Shown here piece after piece: positions 36,586 to 47,099 of a stretch of 64,000 nucleotides of DNA. Within the stretch, counting starts at the first letter, position 1, and the number at the start of each line of letters is the position of its first letter. The stretch spans positions 64,001 through 128,000 of the forward strand of contig JAYPQH010000030.1 of the NCBI GenBank assembly GCA_038131935.1, in the 5' to 3' direction. The notes below the pieces were generated by a model. It made no database searches and was not told where the DNA came from. It saw only the letters and a program-made list of their open reading frames with translations. Made by a program: the position numbers and the translations under genes. This DNA is from Alphaproteobacteria bacterium (lineage in GTDB: Bacteria > Pseudomonadota > Alphaproteobacteria > UBA8317).

Positions 36586-37878
36586 CTAACGCAGCGCGTC
36601 AAAAGCTTCTATGGCGGCCTCCACCGTGCGTAATCCTGGTCTACATGAAGACACCAACACAGCCATGTTCCCTGGTTTATGTTCATTGTTCAGCATTTTT
36701 TCATGAGCCAGTGGAATTTCTTCAAAGCCAAAAACTTCAGACATGCAAGGATCAATCCGACGCTCAATCACCAATTTGTTGGCGGCAGACGCTTGCATAA
36801 GGTTTGCAAAATGCGACCCTTGAATACGCTTTTGACGCATCCAGACAAAACGTGCATCGAAGGTCAAATTAAACCCTGTGGTTCCGGCGCAAAAGACCAC
36901 CATACCGCCACGTTTCGCAACAAAACAGGATACAGGGAATGTTGACTCGCCGGGATGTTCGAAAACCATGTCCACGTCTTGGCCTTTTCCTGTGAAGGCC
37001 CAAATGGCTTTACCAAATCGCCTGACTTCTTTCATGTAATTCGAAAATTCTGGGCCATTCACTGTAGGCAGTTGTCCCCAGCAGTTAAAATCTTTTCGAT
37101 TGATGACCCCTTTTGCGCCCAAGCTCATCACGAAGTCACGTTTGCTTTCATCCGAAATAACACCAATCGCATGCGCACCAGCTGCATGGGCCAATTGAAT
37201 GGCGAAAGAGCCCAAGCCACCAGATGCGCCCCAAACCAATACATGTTGACCAGGTTGGATAACGTGAGGTGCATGCCCAAATAACATCCGGTAAGCGGTT
37301 GCTAAGGTGAGGGTATAGCAGGCACTTTCTTCCCAGGTCAGGTGGCGCGGTCTTGGCATAAGTTGTTGCGATTGAACGGCGGTGAATTGTGCAAAAGAAC
37401 CATCAGGGGTTTCATACCCCCAGATCGGTTGCGATGGTGAAAACATTGGATCACCACCATTACATTCCTCATCATCCCCATCATCCTGGTTGCAATGAAC
37501 AACCACTTCATCGCCGACTTTCCATCTCGTGACCTTGTCCCCGACCTTCCAAACGATTCCAGATGCATCAGATCCAGCGATATGGAAGGGTGCCTTGTGC
37601 ACATCAAATGGTGAAATAGGCTGCCCCAAGCCTGCCCATATGCCATTATAGTTAACGCCCGCGGCCATCACCAAAACAAGAACTTCATGTGAATCCACCT
37701 CTGGGGTATCCACAACCTCTAGCTGAAATGACTCCTGAGGGCGACCATGCCTCTCTCGTCTTATGGCCCAAGCATACATTGACTTTGGGACATGTCCTAG
37801 CGGGGGAATATCACCAACTTCGTAGAGGTCGCGATATTCATTGTTTGTATTTTCAAGGACGTCATCCATCAGTGCCAT
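36586..37878 (-). CDS. ccrA: Crotonyl-CoA carboxylase/reductase
   Basis: VMAAGVNYNG.WA, IWGYETPDGSF, KRIQGSHFAN, HKPGNM. Confidence 0.95.
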   Translation of the reverse strand: MALMDDVLENTNNEYRDLYEVGDIPPLGHVPKSMYAWAIRRERHGRPQESFQLEVVDTPEVDSHEVLVLVMAAGVNYNGIWAGLGQPISPFDVHKAPFHIAGSDASGIVWKVGDKVTRWKVGDEVVVHCNQDDGDDEECNGGDPMFSPSQPIWGYETPDGSFAQFTAVQSQQLMPRPRHLTWEESACYTLTLATAYRMLFGHAPHVIQPGQHVLVWGASGGLGSFAIQLAHAAGAHAIGVISDESKRDFVMSLGAKGVINRKDFNCWGQLPTVNGPEFSNYMKEVRRFGKAIWAFTGKGQDVDMVFEHPGESTFPVSCFVAKRGGMVVFCAGTTGFNLTFDARFVWMRQKRIQGSHFANLMQASAANKLVIERRIDPCMSEVFGFEEIPLAHEKMLNNEHKPGNMAVLVSSCRPGLRTVEAAIEAFDALR

Positions 37879-38040
37879 GATTTTTCTCCATTTTGCTGCG
37901 TTTGCGAAAAGCCACTTCGCTTTCTTGGTTGATCAATTAGTTTTGATTTATCATTTCGTCAATAATAATTTTTATGAAATTTTATTATAAAAATTACTAC
38001 TATACTTTATAAGTATTGCGTGTGGAAAAAAAATAGCTTG

Positions 38041-38068
38041 TGCTATGCAGCATTTTTGTTGCATAGCA
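38041..38068. promoter_or_regulatory. Near-perfect 12-4-12 inverted repeat in the ccr/ecm divergent promoter (candidate operator, PhaR-like TGC-N3-GCA arms)
   Basis: TGCTATGCAGCA-TTTT-TGTTGCATAGCA, one mismatch between arms. Confidence 0.55.
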
Positions 38069-38168
38069 TGAGGCAGAAGATCGCATGGTGTGCAAAAAGG
38101 TTTGGTTTTTTGTGAACGCTTGGGCGGTTTTTCATTTTTGGTCATGATGGTTCGTTAAAGGAAAGAGA

Positions 38169-40156
38169 ATGGGTGGAGAAAAAGCAGTCGGGCGCACGCC
38201 CTTGGATTATGAGAACCTATGCAGGGCATTCTACTGCAGCGGAATCAAACGCGCTTTACCGAACCAATCTTGCCTAAAGGACAAACTGGGCTTTCCATTG
38301 CGTTCGATTTGCCAACACAAACAGGATATGATGCAGATCACGTTCTGGCACGTGGAGAGGTCGGCAAGGTAGGGGTGCCCATATCTCATATCGGTGATAT
38401 GCGGGCTTTGTTTGACCAAATACCATTGGATCAAATGAATACGTCTATGACCATTAATGCCACGGCGGCCTGGTTGCTTGCGCTTTATATTGCGGTGGCA
38501 GAAGAGCAAGGCGTGCCACGAAGTGCCCTTCAAGGGACAACGCAAAACGACATTATTAAAGAATATTTGTCACGTGGAACCTATGTGTTCCACCACAGCC
38601 CAGTTTGCGGCTGATCAATGATATGATTGCCTTCACCTATCAAGAAGTTCCCAAATGGAACCCCATGAATGTATGTTCCTATCATTTGCAAGAAGCAGGC
38701 GCGACGCCAGTTCAAGAACTTGCTTTTGCCCTAGCAACCGCCATAGCTGTGCTTGATAAGGTGCGCGCAGATGGCCAGGTTCCAGAGGCAGATTTCCCAA
38801 AAGTGGTAGGCCGGATTTCATTTTTTGTGAATGCAGGAATCCAATTTATCACAGAAATTTGTAAAATGCGCGCTTTCACCGAGCTCTGGGATGAGATTTG
38901 TCGTGAGCGTTATGGCGTTGAGGAAGAGAAATACAGGCGCTTTCGTTATGGTGTGCAGGTAAATTCTTTAGGCCTTACAGAGCAACAGCCTGAAAACAAT
39001 GTGTACCGTATCCTATTGGAAATGTTGGCGGTAACCTTATCAAAGAACGCGCGTGCCCGCGCTGTTCAATTGCCTGCATGGAATGAAGCTTTGGGGCTTC
39101 CCAGGCCCTGGGATCAACAATGGTCTTTGCGCCTCCAGCAAGTTGTCGCTTATGAAACGGATCTATTGCAATATGGTGATATTTTCGATGGCAGCCATGT
39201 TATCGAGGAAAAGGTGGCTGAGTTAAAGCAAGCAGCTCGTGAAGAATTGGCACAGATAGACGCCATGGGGGGGCCATGGCTGCGGTCGAAAATGCTTACA
39301 TGAAACAACAACTTGTTCGGTCTAATGCAGCACGCGTAGCTGCGATAGAAAGTGGTGAGCAAGTGGTTGTTGGGGTCAATAAATTCCTAAGCTCTGAGCC
39401 ATCACCGTTGACCACAGGTGACGGAGGAATCCTGACCGTTGATCCCGCAGTTGAGGAAGAACAAAAACATTCCCTAGATCACTGGCGTCAGCATCGTGAC
39501 GCTCAGGCTGTGCAAGAAGCTTTGCGCCAACTTGAGTCAGATGCACGCGCGGGGCGAAATATTATGCCAGCGTCTATTCAAGCAGCCAAAGCAGGCGTGA
39601 CCACAGGAGAGTGGGGCCAAATGATGCGGGATATTTTTGGGAATATCGTGCGCCCACAGGTGTTGGAACGCATGTTGCGGCCTCAGAAGATGGTGACCTT
39701 ACCCATTTGCAAAAACGTGCCGATGCTCTTGCGGATAAAATGGGCCGACGTGTGAAGTTTTTGGTTGGAAAGCCAGGGCTTGATGGACATTCTAATGGCG
39801 CTGAGCAAATTGCCGTGCGGGCGCGTGATTGTGGTATGGAGGTTGTCTATGAAGGCATTCGTCTTACCCCTGCGCAGATTGTCAATGCAGCTGTCGAGGA
39901 AGCGGTTCATGTGGTAGGGCTGTCGATATTGTCAGGGTCACATATGTCATTGGTGCGTGATATCATGGATCGGATGGCTGATGCAGGCCTTGATGATGTC
40001 ATTCTTATTGTTGGTGGTATCATCCCAGAAGATGATGCCGCGCAAATGCGCGAATGGGGTGTGTCAGGTGTCTACACGCCTAAAGATTTTCGTTTAAACG
40101 ACATCATGCATGATATTTTCACATTGCTCGAAGGTGATGTCGAGGAAGCTGCGTGA
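38169..40156 (+). CDS. ecm: Ethylmalonyl-CoA mutase (MeaA/Ecm); at least 4 apparent frameshifts (~38275, ~38590, ~39270, ~39640)
   Basis: [49 protein letters not shown]12-binding motif; divergent from ccr. Confidence 0.9.
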
Positions 40157-40227
40157 TGAGCTTGGCAAGAGCCTTAATCCTTCTATAAGAACAGTAACTT
40201 GGGCGACCAGTGATAGGGGTATAAGGC

Positions 40228-40434
40228 ATGAGTTCAGCATTATATATTTTGATTCCTCTCATGGTAGCGGTGACCGCTATTATTGTTGCTGTGGGAATTG
40301 TGAGTTACTTCCAAGGTGGGCGTTTTCACGCGAATTGGTCCAACAAATTGATGCGCATGCGTATCGTGGCACAAGCTGTCGCGGTTGTCTTGATCATGGC
40401 ACTTATTTGGATCAATGGCACACCACCTGTGTGA
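40228..40434 (+). CDS. Twin transmembrane helix small protein (HIG1-like)
   Basis: 68 aa, TM-SNKLMRMRI.AQ-TM signature. Confidence 0.85.
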   Translation: MSSALYILIPLMVAVTAIIVAVGIVSYFQGGRFHANWSNKLMRMRIVAQAVAVVLIMALIWINGTPPV

Positions 40435-40439
40435 AAATA

Positions 40440-41366
40440 TTATAGGGCTTTGACGCGGTCCATCATTGGTTTTGTCTTTTCCATCAATGCTGTTATGGGG
40501 CGCCAGATATCGGTTGTTGATTGCTGCTTTGCGATGATATCTTGTAGTGCTTGTGCCTGATGGCGCTTAGCTAGTCTCTGCGCGTTTTGATCCCGTACCA
40601 AGGCGTGATGGAAATAGTGTGGTGTGGGTAATTGAAGCAATTTTTGTAACAAGACTTGAATGGGGGTTGTGAGAAAGAGGTCCTGTCCTCTGCTCACCAG
40701 GGAAATATTTTGAGCTGCATCGCAGAGGATCACCGCAAGGTGATAGCTTATACCGATATCTTTGCGGGCCAATATCACGTCTCCCAGCGTTCTCTGCATG
40801 GTTGTGCGGCTGATTTGAATGTGACCAGATGGGCCTACAGTTGGTGTCCCCCATTCATAAAAATCCAGATGTTCGTAGTTCATCATGGCCTTGTTTATGT
40901 CCAAACGCCAAGCAGGGGTTTTGCCTGCGGCGCGTAGGTCCTCAACTTGGCTTGCATGAAGATGACGACATGTCCCTGGGTAAACCGATTGTGCTGGATC
41001 TCCTTCTTGAGGTGCTTGAACGGCGGACAAAATATCTTTGCGTGAACAAAAACAAGGATAAAGAAGCCCAAGCTTTTTTAATTGCTCCAGTCCCCATTGT
41101 TGCAGAAAATGGTGTTGAGATTGAATGCGGTAAGGCTTGCCGCTATCCAAGTGAAGCAATTTTAGATCATGTTCGATCGCGGTGTAGAATTCTGGACGTG
41201 CGCGGGTCTGGTCAATATCTTCAATTCTAACATGATAATGTCCATCGTCAGCCAAATACTGAGCAACCCATGCAGAGAACAAATGTCCAAGATGCAGCAG
41301 CCCTGTTGGGCTTGGTGCAAACCGTGTAATCATAGGTTGAGGTGGCGTAATATCGTCCTTGGGCAT
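40440..41366 (-). CDS. gluQ: tRNA glutamyl-Q(34) synthetase
   Basis: RFAPSPTG.LHLGH, RIEDID, YPCFCSR, RLAKR; lacks the anticodon-binding domain; start 41366 or 41333. Confidence 0.9.
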   Translation of the reverse strand: MPKDDITPPQPMITRFAPSPTGLLHLGHLFSAWVAQYLADDGHYHVRIEDIDQTRARPEFYTAIEHDLKLLHLDSGKPYRIQSQHHFLQQWGLEQLKKLGLLYPCFCSRKDILSAVQAPQEGDPAQSVYPGTCRHLHASQVEDLRAAGKTPAWRLDINKAMMNYEHLDFYEWGTPTVGPSGHIQISRTTMQRTLGDVILARKDIGISYHLAVILCDAAQNISLVSRGQDLFLTTPIQVLLQKLLQLPTPHYFHHALVRDQNAQRLAKRHQAQALQDIIAKQQSTTDIWRPITALMEKTKPMMDRVKAL

Positions 41367-41378
41367 GAAGAGAGAATA

Positions 41379-42044
41379 ATGGATAGTGAGCATATCAAGC
41401 AAGAACAAGCACTCATGATATCGCAGGAAGATTTTATGCGTGAAGTGGATCTATTATGCGCGTTGGAGCCAAGGTTTCGTGCGGTGCCGGATCAATGGGG
41501 GATCCCTCCTATTAGGTTAAGGCCGAAGGGGCCTGAAGCATTGGTGCGCATTATATGTGCACAACAACTCTCGAAAAGTTCAGCGGAGGCCATCTCAAAA
41601 CGTGTGTTGGCAAAATGGCCTGAGCTTTCCCTTGCCATCATCGCGCAGGATCCTGAAACCTCTTTGGATGGTCTTGGGTTATCCCGGGCAAAGAAATTGG
41701 CACTCGGTGACTTGGCAAAGCATATCCTAGACGATCAATTAATGCTGGAGCAGTTGGTGTTTTGGCCTGTGGATAAAGCCATTGCGCATCTAACAAAGAT
41801 AAGAGGAATAGGGCCTTGGTCTGCCCAGCTTTATCTTATGTTTTCCTTAAACCATTCTGATATTTTTGCCCCAGGTGATTTGGCGCTACAGCGAGGGGCT
41901 GATCATTTGTTTGGTTGGTCGACCCCATGTAATGAGGTCTCTCTTGCGGAAATTGCAAAAAGTTGGGCGCCGCATCGATCAGCGGCTGCCCATCTTTTGT
42001 GGCACCATTATGGCCATGCTGTCAGGCCGACGTCTAAGAATTAG
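41379..42044 (+). CDS. DNA-3-methyladenine glycosylase II family (AlkA-like)
   Basis: I.AQQLS, HhH motif LTKIRGIGPWSA, GDLAL, WAPHRS. Confidence 0.88.
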   Translation: MDSEHIKQEQALMISQEDFMREVDLLCALEPRFRAVPDQWGIPPIRLRPKGPEALVRIICAQQLSKSSAEAISKRVLAKWPELSLAIIAQDPETSLDGLGLSRAKKLALGDLAKHILDDQLMLEQLVFWPVDKAIAHLTKIRGIGPWSAQLYLMFSLNHSDIFAPGDLALQRGADHLFGWSTPCNEVSLAEIAKSWAPHRSAAAHLLWHHYGHAVRPTSKN

Positions 42045-43788
42045 GTTTTTTCGCCTTGTTCCCAATATGTAATTCTATGGGGACGCCCATCCTCTTCATA
42101 ATCAACGCTTGCTGCAATATTGAGAGTAGGTTGTTGAATGTCCAGTAAATCACCAAGCCCGCCGCGAATGTTCCAAGCATGAATGTGAACACAACCGGCA
42201 AGAAAGCAAAAATTTGTGCTTGTGTGGGGTCGGTGGGGGGTGGGTTAAGTTTTTGCTGCACAAACATCGTCATTCCCATAAGGACAGGCCAAATGCCAAT
42301 CATGAGAAAACCTGGGACGTCATATGGTAGAAGACCAAATAGGTTAAACAAAGTTGTGGGGTCTGGCGCAGACAAATCTTCGATCCAGCCAAAAAATGGT
42401 GCATGACGCATTTCAATGGTGGTGAACAAAACCTTATAAAGAGAAAAAAACACAGGTATTTGTATCAGCATTGGCAAACAGCCAGAGACCGGGTTTACCT
42501 TCTCGCGCTTATATAACTCCATGGTCTCTTGTTGGAGTTTTTGTTTGTCATCTTTGTGGCGCTCACGGATCTTCATCATTTCTGGTGTGAGTGCTTTCAT
42601 TCGCGACATGGCTTTGTAGGATGTGTTGGCCAACGGAAAGAAAATGATTTTCACCAGAACAGTCAGTAGAATAATAGCAACACCAAAGTTACCTACCAGC
42701 TTGTTGAGGAAATCCAACACGATAAACATAGGTTTGGTCAAAAAGAAGAACCAACCCCAATCAATGGAAAGATCAAATCGTGAAACGCCCGCATCTGCAT
42801 AGCCATCAATAAATTCCACAACTTTGGCACCTGCAAAAAGCCTGTGTTTGTATTGAGCTTTCTCACCGGACCCAAGTTGAACCTCTTGAGCGGTATATTC
42901 TGCTTGATAGGTTTGAACAGCTGCTTTTCTATCTGCCCGCATTTGCATTCTTACAGGCACAGTTTGATCTGGTATCAGCGTGGCCATGAAATATTTATCA
43001 GTGATGCCAACCCATCCACCCGTAGAGGTGAAACTTTGATCACCGTCATCATAAACACTATCGTAAGATACCTCCTGTAAAGTATCTTGGCTCACGCCAA
43101 TAAAGCCCTCATGGGCAATGTAGAAATTTTCTAATTTGGGGAGTCCAACCCGGCGCAATAATCCATAAGGTGCCAGCGTCATGACGGCATCTGATTGGTT
43201 GATGATCTCATCCTCTAGGGTGATCATATAACTTTCATCAGTAGAAATGGTCCGGTTCACGGTGATCCCGTCTGGCCCAGACCAAGTTAACGTAAGGGGG
43301 CATTCTGGGGATAGGTCCGGGCAGGTGGAGGTTTTGGTCCATATAGACTGAGAATCAGGTAAGGTCGCTTTTCCCGCTGATAGGCTCCAACCAAAACGCG
43401 CAAAGAAGGGTAGCTCTGAGCCTTTTGGAGACAACAGCACGATATCATCTGAATTCTGATCAAGTTCTTGCCTGTATTGGGTCAGAACAATGTTATCTAT
43501 GGCCGATCCCTTTACAGCAATGGAACCTTGGACGAGAGGGCTGCGTAGGTTGATCCGCTCGGATTGCTTCAAAATATCTTCACGTGACAACTTTATCTGG
43601 GCTTGCGTTTCCAAGGCACTTCCTGTGTCTAGTGGAGCAACATTGTCCAATTCTGTTGATGGTGACTGTGTAACAGCCTCAGAAGGAGCCGGCGCAGGTG
43701 GTTGAGGTGGTGGGAAAAGCATTTGCCATCCAATCAACACAACGGCTGAAAGAACAACGGCGATGGCAAGATTTTTGTTGTCACTCAT
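42034..43788 (-). CDS. yidC: Membrane protein insertase
   Basis: MSDNKNL start, IDWGWF, NPVSGCLP, GLVIYWT.NN. Confidence 0.96.
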   Translation of the reverse strand: MSDNKNLAIAVVLSAVVLIGWQMLFPPPQPPAPAPSEAVTQSPSTELDNVAPLDTGSALETQAQIKLSREDILKQSERINLRSPLVQGSIAVKGSAIDNIVLTQYRQELDQNSDDIVLLSPKGSELPFFARFGWSLSAGKATLPDSQSIWTKTSTCPDLSPECPLTLTWSGPDGITVNRTISTDESYMITLEDEIINQSDAVMTLAPYGLLRRVGLPKLENFYIAHEGFIGVSQDTLQEVSYDSVYDDGDQSFTSTGGWVGITDKYFMATLIPDQTVPVRMQMRADRKAAVQTYQAEYTAQEVQLGSGEKAQYKHRLFAGAKVVEFIDGYADAGVSRFDLSIDWGWFFFLTKPMFIVLDFLNKLVGNFGVAIILLTVLVKIIFFPLANTSYKAMSRMKALTPEMMKIRERHKDDKQKLQQETMELYKREKVNPVSGCLPMLIQIPVFFSLYKVLFTTIEMRHAPFFGWIEDLSAPDPTTLFNLFGLLPYDVPGFLMIGIWPVLMGMTMFVQQKLNPPPTDPTQAQIFAFLPVVFTFMLGTFAAGLVIYWTFNNLLSILQQALIMKRMGVPIELHIGNKAKKPNS

Positions 43789-44095
43789 ATCGTGAAGACT
43801 CACTTGTTTGTTTTTGAATAGATGCAGACCTACTAGCCGTCGGAGCCGTAGGGCCGCAAGGGGGTGGTACAGGGTCAAAGGTCCAAGATTTTGTTCGGCC
43901 AAAGGGATGGCAACGCATAAGCCGCCTGCATGTAAGCAAAATGCCACGCCATGGGCCATGATATTCGAGTGCCTCTAGGGCATAAACTGAACATGTCGGT
44001 TGAAATCTACAACGGTTACCAATGAGCGCAGAAAACGTATACCGATAGGCATAAATCAGCATCTTCAATGCTATCACCATGACTTTGTTGATCAT
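43781..44095 (-). CDS. yidD: Membrane protein insertion efficiency factor
   Basis: CRFQPTCS.Y, RCHPFG, FDPVP. Confidence 0.93.
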   Translation of the reverse strand: MINKVMVIALKMLIYAYRYTFSALIGNRCRFQPTCSVYALEALEYHGPWRGILLTCRRLMRCHPFGRTKSWTFDPVPPPCGPTAPTASRSASIQKQTSESSRYE

Positions 44096-44442
44096 GTTGA
44101 TGCCTTCGATATGTCTAGAAATACGTTCTTAATGTCTGTGGCTAGTCGATCAAAGGCGACGTGAAGGACGGCGGGTCTGGCGATCATATTGATGTCTACA
44201 TTCGACTCTATCAACAAATGATGATGAAGCCGCATCGCCTCCCGCAATCTACGCTTGGCACGATTACGGTGAACGGCATTGCCAATTTTTTTACTGGCGG
44301 TCACACCCAAACGACAGGATGTCTGCTGGCCAGCCCTATTGCTATGTCCATACCTACAAACAAAAGCAAAGCGCACTACTTTGCCCGCTTTGTTGAGCCG
44401 CAGGAAATCGCGACGTTTCTTTAATGTTTGGGGAATGGTCAC
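44092..44442 (-). CDS. rnpA: Ribonuclease P protein component
   Basis: LKKRRDF, G.TASKKIGNAV.RNRAKRRLR. Confidence 0.94.
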   Translation of the reverse strand: MTIPQTLKKRRDFLRLNKAGKVVRFAFVCRYGHSNRAGQQTSCRLGVTASKKIGNAVHRNRAKRRLREAMRLHHHLLIESNVDINMIARPAVLHVAFDRLATDIKNVFLDISKAST

Positions 44443-44464
44443 GTCGACTACCCCACGTCAAACT

Positions 44465-44599
44465 TTAGGCAGAGAGGCTTTTACGGCCTAGGTTCCGCTG
44501 ACGCGCAATGATCTTACGACCATTTTTAGTTGCCATTCGGCTACGAAATCCATGCCGACGTTTGCGTACAAGACGGCTAGGTTGAAAAGTACGTTTCAT
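44465..44599 (-). CDS. rpmH: 50S ribosomal protein L34 (not in the ORF track)
   Basis: Manual translation [44 protein letters not shown]. Confidence 0.97.
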   Translation of the reverse strand: MKRTFQPSRLVRKRRHGFRSRMATKNGRKIIARQRNLGRKSLSA

Positions 44600-44745
44600 T
44601 GTGTTGTCTCCCCATGGCCAAACCCCCGGCGCATCCCGAGGGCGGAGTCCTGGATTACATGTGAAAGGTTGTCCGATAGCGTCCAGTGGCGTTACATGTC
44701 AAGAACAACCGTTCGGTTTGGCTCATCTTTTATGGGAAAATCATC

Positions 44746-45259
44746 ATGGAGAACAAACAAACGAGTCGTGATGGATGGCTTTGTGCTTACACTGCACAGC
44801 GTGGTGAGTTCCTCATGGTTAATGACGCTGAAAAAATTGGCCGTGATATTTACTGCCCTTGGTTTTTTCGTACTATCCGCCATGCACGAAAAGTTCAAAC
44901 AGTCCGTAGACCCCTCTTTCCTCGCTATGTATTTGTAAAGGTCAATGAAGATGGCTGGTCCTGGGTGCGTGAAATTCGTGGATTTGAACGATTGATCGGG
45001 CACACATGCGCCATGGAGGGTGCCAGCGTCATTCTTATCCTATCTTAGACAGTGCGAAGATGCTGAAGGTCAAATTCACTCATTGCAACCTAATTTGGCG
45101 CCCGGCGAAGACGTTTTCGTAACGGAGGGGCCATTCCGAGGTATGTCCGCGAAGGTTGTGCGCATTCCTGATGCGCAAAGGGTGCAGATCTTGATCTCAA
45201 TGTTTGGTCGTGAGCACACCGTTGATGTTGCGGGAATATATCTTCAAAAACAGTCGTGA
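44746..45259 (+). CDS. NusG/RfaH-family transcription antiterminator paralog; frameshift at ~45000
   Basis: NGN domain (WLCAYT..RGE, RPLFPRYVFV) and KOW domain (PGEDVFVTEGPFRG...RV.ILISMFGRE). Confidence 0.82.
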
Positions 45260-45355
45260 TCATCGAAGCAAATCACCGCGACAATTTAAAACGTCATAAT
45301 TCTGTCATGCTGTTATGATGTTTAGTAGTTAAGTGATTCAGATGGTGATTCTTCT

Positions 45356-45924
45356 ATGACAGTTCACATTCAACCACCAAGTCTTGAAGCCAGTCCGGCT
45401 TTGGTTCTTAACGCGGATTTTAGACCGCTATCTTATTTCCCACTTTCGCTTTGGTCTTGGCAGGATGCTGTGAAAGCTGCCTTTTTAGAAAGGGTGAATA
45501 TTGTTTCGGAGTATGATCGCGAAATTTCCTCGCCATCTTTCACGATGAAGCTTCCCTCCGTTGTCTCGTTGAAGGAATATGTGAAGCCAGCGGATACGCC
45601 AGCCTTTACCCGCTTTAATGTCTTTTTACGAGATGGATTTTCTTGCCAATATTGTGGTGCTACTGAAGATCTTACCTTTGACCATCTAGTGCCAAGGTCA
45701 AAAGGGGGAATGACAACGTGGGACAATGTGATTACGGCCTGTTCTCCGTGTAATTTGAGAAAATCTGATCGTTTGGCAGAAGATATCGGTATGTTGCCTC
45801 TCGTCACCGGCCTTTTTCTCCCTCGGTTTTCCATCTTCAGCGGATGGGGCGAAGGTTCCCACCAAACCATCTTCATGAAAGCTGGTTGGACTATCTTTAC
45901 TGGGATGCTGAACTGGAAGCCTAA
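45356..45924 (+). CDS. HNH endonuclease (conserved McrA-like family); apparent 2-nt insertion at ~45800
   Basis: ALVLNADFRPLSY, RFNVFLRD, CQYCG, TFDHLVPRS.GG, CSPCN; the conserved tail PPNHLHESWLDYLYWDAELEA* lies in a shifted frame ending at 45924. Confidence 0.85.
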
Positions 45925-46076
45925 TATGGTGGATGTTCGTACATTCCTTTTGACGCAAAAAAATTGCTTTACAACTAATATATTGGTACAGATCTTAACC
46001 TAAAGATAGCTTTCGTATTTTACTAAATAGAATTACTATAAGATTATATTTATATATATATTTATGAGAGGCAGCG

Positions 46077-47099
46077 ATGACTGATACGTCAAAACTTGCG
46101 CCAAAAGAGCGTCCATCTATGCCACCTGTTGGCAAACCGTCTGAAGGCATACGTATTGGGTCTGTCACCCTGGCAAGCTTTATTGTTGTGGTGATCGGTT
46201 TGTTCGCCTTTGTTGTTTATGCGATTGATAAAATCGATATGGAGGCAGAGGAGCAATTGTTGCTAGCCACAACGCTTGAGACTGAGGATGGTCAACGAAC
46301 TTCCATATCAGAATTTGTGGCCAAAACAATAGGTGAAGCGGAAGCAGAATTATCGGTTCTGCAAGAAAAACAGGCGGCCATTGTTCCCCTAACCCAACAA
46401 GATGATATTAAGGCCACTGCCGTGGCAAAAGTGCTAGATCTTCAGACGCAAAGCTATTGTACAGCTCTTCATTCCATGCAGTTGGTGAATGATGCCATCA
46501 AACAGGGAACTGTGGAGGTTGCAAAACGTCCCTGCAATATAGAGACCCTGAGTGCTGCTGAGGTGACATCGAGTTATCAAAGTCTTTCGCTTCCAGATAT
46601 GGCACAACTAGCCCAAGATTATCTTGGTGTTTCTCTCGTCAGTGCGTCAACCACAACTGCTGATCCAGGTGTTGAGACGACGAATATTGAGCAACCTAAA
46701 TCTGTTGAATTCGCCACAGAACTTCAACAAGATGCACCTGCTAAGAATGCTGAAGGTCTGAACATCACAGGATCGCTCGAGCAGATTAGAACGCAACTTT
46801 ATGGTGTGGTGACACAGGCCGGAGACGTGATGAGGGGGCTGGTTGCTTCAACAGAGGGCTACGCACAAAACCTAGCGCTTGATATACAACAAACCGTTGC
46901 ATCATGGTGGGGTACATGGGAACGTATGGTAAAGATGGACAGCGGCGTACCTTCAATCAATCAAGACCAAACCAATCAATTGAATGGAAATTCCCTCGGT
47001 TATATGTTGGATTATTTTGATTCCTGGAAAACTTATATCTTTCAGTTCTCCGGTGCATCCGACGCAAAAGAGGGTAACCTTATAACCAGTTCATCTTAA
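46077..47099 (+). CDS. Hypothetical membrane-anchored protein (may extend to 47194 via a frameshift)
   Basis: 340 aa ORF with RBS and N-terminal TM; no family recognised. Confidence 0.7.
   Translation: MTDTSKLAPKERPSMPPVGKPSEGIRIGSVTLASFIVVVIGLFAFVVYAIDKIDMEAEEQLLLATTLETEDGQRTSISEFVAKTIGEAEAELSVLQEKQAAIVPLTQQDDIKATAVAKVLDLQTQSYCTALHSMQLVNDAIKQGTVEVAKRPCNIETLSAAEVTSSYQSLSLPDMAQLAQDYLGVSLVSASTTTADPGVETTNIEQPKSVEFATELQQDAPAKNAEGLNITGSLEQIRTQLYGVVTQAGDVMRGLVASTEGYAQNLALDIQQTVASWWGTWERMVKMDSGVPSINQDQTNQLNGNSLGYMLDYFDSWKTYIFQFSGASDAKEGNLITSSS

Noticed and set aside
45356-45924. HNH gene as a homing endonuclease or mobile element
   Set aside because: Looks like the widespread stand-alone chromosomal HNH family; no intron, terminal repeats or methylase are visible.
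44600-46076. Replication origin near rpmH or the AT-rich patch at ~46000
   Set aside because: No dnaA adjacent and no cluster of DnaA boxes noticed.
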